Part shown: one piece after another, positions 61,986 through 64,000 of the stretch | How positions within the stretch are numbered: position 1 is the stretch's first letter | Layout: each line of letters starts with the position of its first letter | Origin: Fistulifera solaris | Lineage: Eukaryota | Direction: 5' to 3' | Assembly (NCBI GenBank): GCA_030295235.1 | Contig: AP026126.1 | Span: forward strand, 682,001 to 746,000 | Length of the DNA stretch: 64,000 nt | Notes under the pieces: generated by a model | What the model was told of the DNA's origin: nothing | Database searches by the model: none | Seen by the model: only the letters and a program-made list of their open reading frames with translations | Translations under genes and position numbers: made by a program

Positions 61986-64000
61986 ATGTCGTCCTTCATT
62001 ACAGATTACACGTTTTTTGCAGCGTCAGCCGCGCATTGTTCGACGGATGACGAAGGAGTTTGGACGGATTTTTCGAAAAGTTCTACTTCCGAACCGGAAG
62101 GCCCCAAAAATGTAATTTTACCGCCGTATCCGAATGTCAGAGGCCGCATCCTAGAGACGGTCCCCATGAGACAACTTACGGGAAAACACAAACGAAAAGA
62201 AGAAATGATTCAAAAACAACTAGCTCATCGCAAGCGATCCAGCTCCGAACCTCCTCCCCTAGAAAGAACAGAATGTGAGAATGATTGCACGTGCACCGAT
62301 GTATCGAACCGGAGGCTTTCCACTCCTTCACCGTTTTTCAGCCGACTGGCCAAAGTAAAGCATATGCAACAAGAGTTACGCGAGCAGCAACGGCTTACGC
62401 ACTTAAACGGTCCGGTTCCGGAAAACAAAAACGGTGAAATAAGTAGTAGCCCAACAACGAACGACAATGACCCAAGTGCCGACACGATCAAAAAAGAAAC
62501 TGCCCCCACCGAGCACGGAAAAGACGAAAACCGGGATATTCGACTCAACATTGTGAAACGACGAGGCGGGTCGCTTTTGAAATCTTCAAACAATGAAGGG
62601 AGACAGATTGCGGACCATGATCCATCCAAGACAAAAGACGCGAATGGTCCTGTTGCGACAAAATCCATACCGCTGGCAAAGTTGCGGGAACACCGCCGCC
62701 GGAAATTGGGCATAGTGACGGCTACGCCGAATGAATTCAATCAAGATAATATGCCAACCAACTCACAAAGCTCCGATAGTCTTGGTTCTTTAATAACAGC
62801 ATCCACGGCCGTTCTTGAGTCTGCCGGGGTACCGAAGTTAGGAAAAGCTTCTTGGCAAAGTTCAGAAAGTCTTGGTTCTTTGGAGACCGCATCATTGCCA
62901 TTATCCGCATCTGAACTTGGCGTGATCACCTACAATTCCGTTGCCCACCAAAACAGAAGAAAGAATGCAATCATTTCTCATTTGGATAGTAACATTACGG
63001 ATCCTGACTCCGATTCTAAGGATTACATCGTGTCAAACACTTCAAGTCAAGCATCCGAGAGTCTTGGTTCGCTAGAGACGGCAAGTACGCCGTCCACGGA
63101 AAGGGGCGAGATCACCTACAGCACCAGTACCGACATCGATGGCGATCGTGGTGGTCTCGATTCGGCAACCGAGACGACTAACTCGTATCCCACTTGGAGT
63201 AGTGAGAGTCAAACGCAGGAAATGCCCGGATTCGAAAAGTGGGCTACGTTCGAGAACAATGGTACCAATTCTGGTTCGTCCAGCAGTGCACATTCCAGCC
63301 ATGGGCCTTACGGAAAAAGCACATCCTCCGAGACGGATATTTTTAATCGCATAGGGGATCAATCATTTGAGGTATCTGAAAAGATGATACCGCTTCGAAA
63401 AGACGAGCAGATAGATTTGGAAGGAGAAACAGGTAATGACAACGCTGAATTGACTGGCCGTATTCTTGATGAGGATACAAAAGCCCCTCTTGCCTTATCT
63501 GCCCAAGGACCAGGAAAGAGTTTTGATTTTCGGGAAATCGAAGACACTGAAAATGTTTTTGTCGATCCATCATGGGATGCGTTCAAAGTGTACTTCAATG
63601 AGTTTGACGATGCGAAGAAAAATAACGGGGATGATATGTTTGGAATCCACAATGATGACTGGATCTCAACATCCCGAGGATTGTTTTCATTGCCTGTACA
63701 AGCGACAGAATGTGATCTCGATAGCGATGCAATGTTTCCTCGTCGACAACAAGTTGAAGAAGAGAAGAAAGACCGAGATTCTGTCTCTGTCGAACAAGCA
63801 TTGGAGATCGGACTGGTAAATTCCGACTCAAAATTTGTCGATCTCAGATGGTCTATTGTGAATGAGTGTACAGGTCATAGCACGGTTAGTGCTGGACCTC
63901 TGTCCAAAGAATCGGAAGCTGACCATGCTAACCTCCTTGATGATTCTTCAAGTGGTTGTGGGTCTTCCCGTGACAGCAGCAATTGTCTTCCGAAAAAAAA
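61986..64000 (+). CDS. Long Ser/Asp-rich low-complexity hypothetical protein, 3'-partial
   Basis: ATG at 61986 (MSSFITDY...). Spot checks show the same frame open at 62250, 62770, 63051 and the window end. Confidence 0.65.
   Translation, partial: MSSFITDYTFFAASAAHCSTDDEGVWTDFSKSSTSEPEGPKNVILPPYPNVRGRILETVPMRQLTGKHKRKEEMIQKQLAHRKRSSSEPPPLERTECENDCTCTDVSNRRLSTPSPFFSRLAKVKHMQQELREQQRLTHLNGPVPENKNGEISSSPTTNDNDPSADTIKKETAPTEHGKDENRDIRLNIVKRRGGSLLKSSNNEGRQIADHDPSKTKDANGPVATKSIPLAKLREHRRRKLGIVTATPNEFNQDNMPTNSQSSDSLGSLITASTAVLESAGVPKLGKASWQSSESLGSLETASLPLSASELGVITYNSVAHQNRRKNAIISHLDSNITDPDSDSKDYIVSNTSSQASESLGSLETASTPSTERGEITYSTSTDIDGDRGGLDSATETTNSYPTWSSESQTQEMPGFEKWATFENNGTNSGSSSSAHSSHGPYGKSTSSETDIFNRIGDQSFEVSEKMIPLRKDEQIDLEGETGNDNAELTGRILDEDTKAPLALSAQGPGKSFDFREIEDTENVFVDPSWDAFKVYFNEFDDAKKNNGDDMFGIHNDDWISTSRGLFSLPVQATECDLDSDAMFPRRQQVEEEKKDRDSVSVEQALEIGLVNSDSKFVDLRWSIVNECTGHSTVSAGPLSKESEADHANLLDDSSSGCGSSRDSSNCLPKK

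Overview
Gene-dense eukaryotic chromosome segment, most likely from a pennate diatom. The evidence is short GT-AG introns, bipartite signal+Phe plastid presequences and the gene repertoire. About 31 protein genes are supportable: BMS1, RPL5, TMEM18, DNMT2, REX1-B, a two-pore K+ channel, RPN3, CELF, an LPMO, HSF, CTR9, p23, TIM21, SLC26-STAS-cNMP, a METTL21-like gene and others. Many conserved genes carry single-base frameshifts at homopolymers, which I treat as assembly errors, so most gene models are hand-stitched and approximate. Highlights: (1) an EEVS-type sedoheptulose-7-phosphate cyclase next to a PfkB kinase, a plastid TPI-SMP30/lactonase fusion and a GLYR reductase; (2) an MFS-like membrane protein with a CRAL-TRIO domain inserted between its halves; (3) an inverted NAXE duplication with near-identical cores but different termini; (4) a ~55-bp palindromic intergenic repeat family with about 14 copies; (5) a truncated CRE-like retrotransposon apparently inserted into an FMN-reductase relic; (6) an LPMO with a CBM1-like tail; (7) a catalytically degenerate 5'-nucleotidase-like protein. 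No rRNA, tRNA or CRISPR array was recognised. All family assignments are from motif recognition, not database searches.
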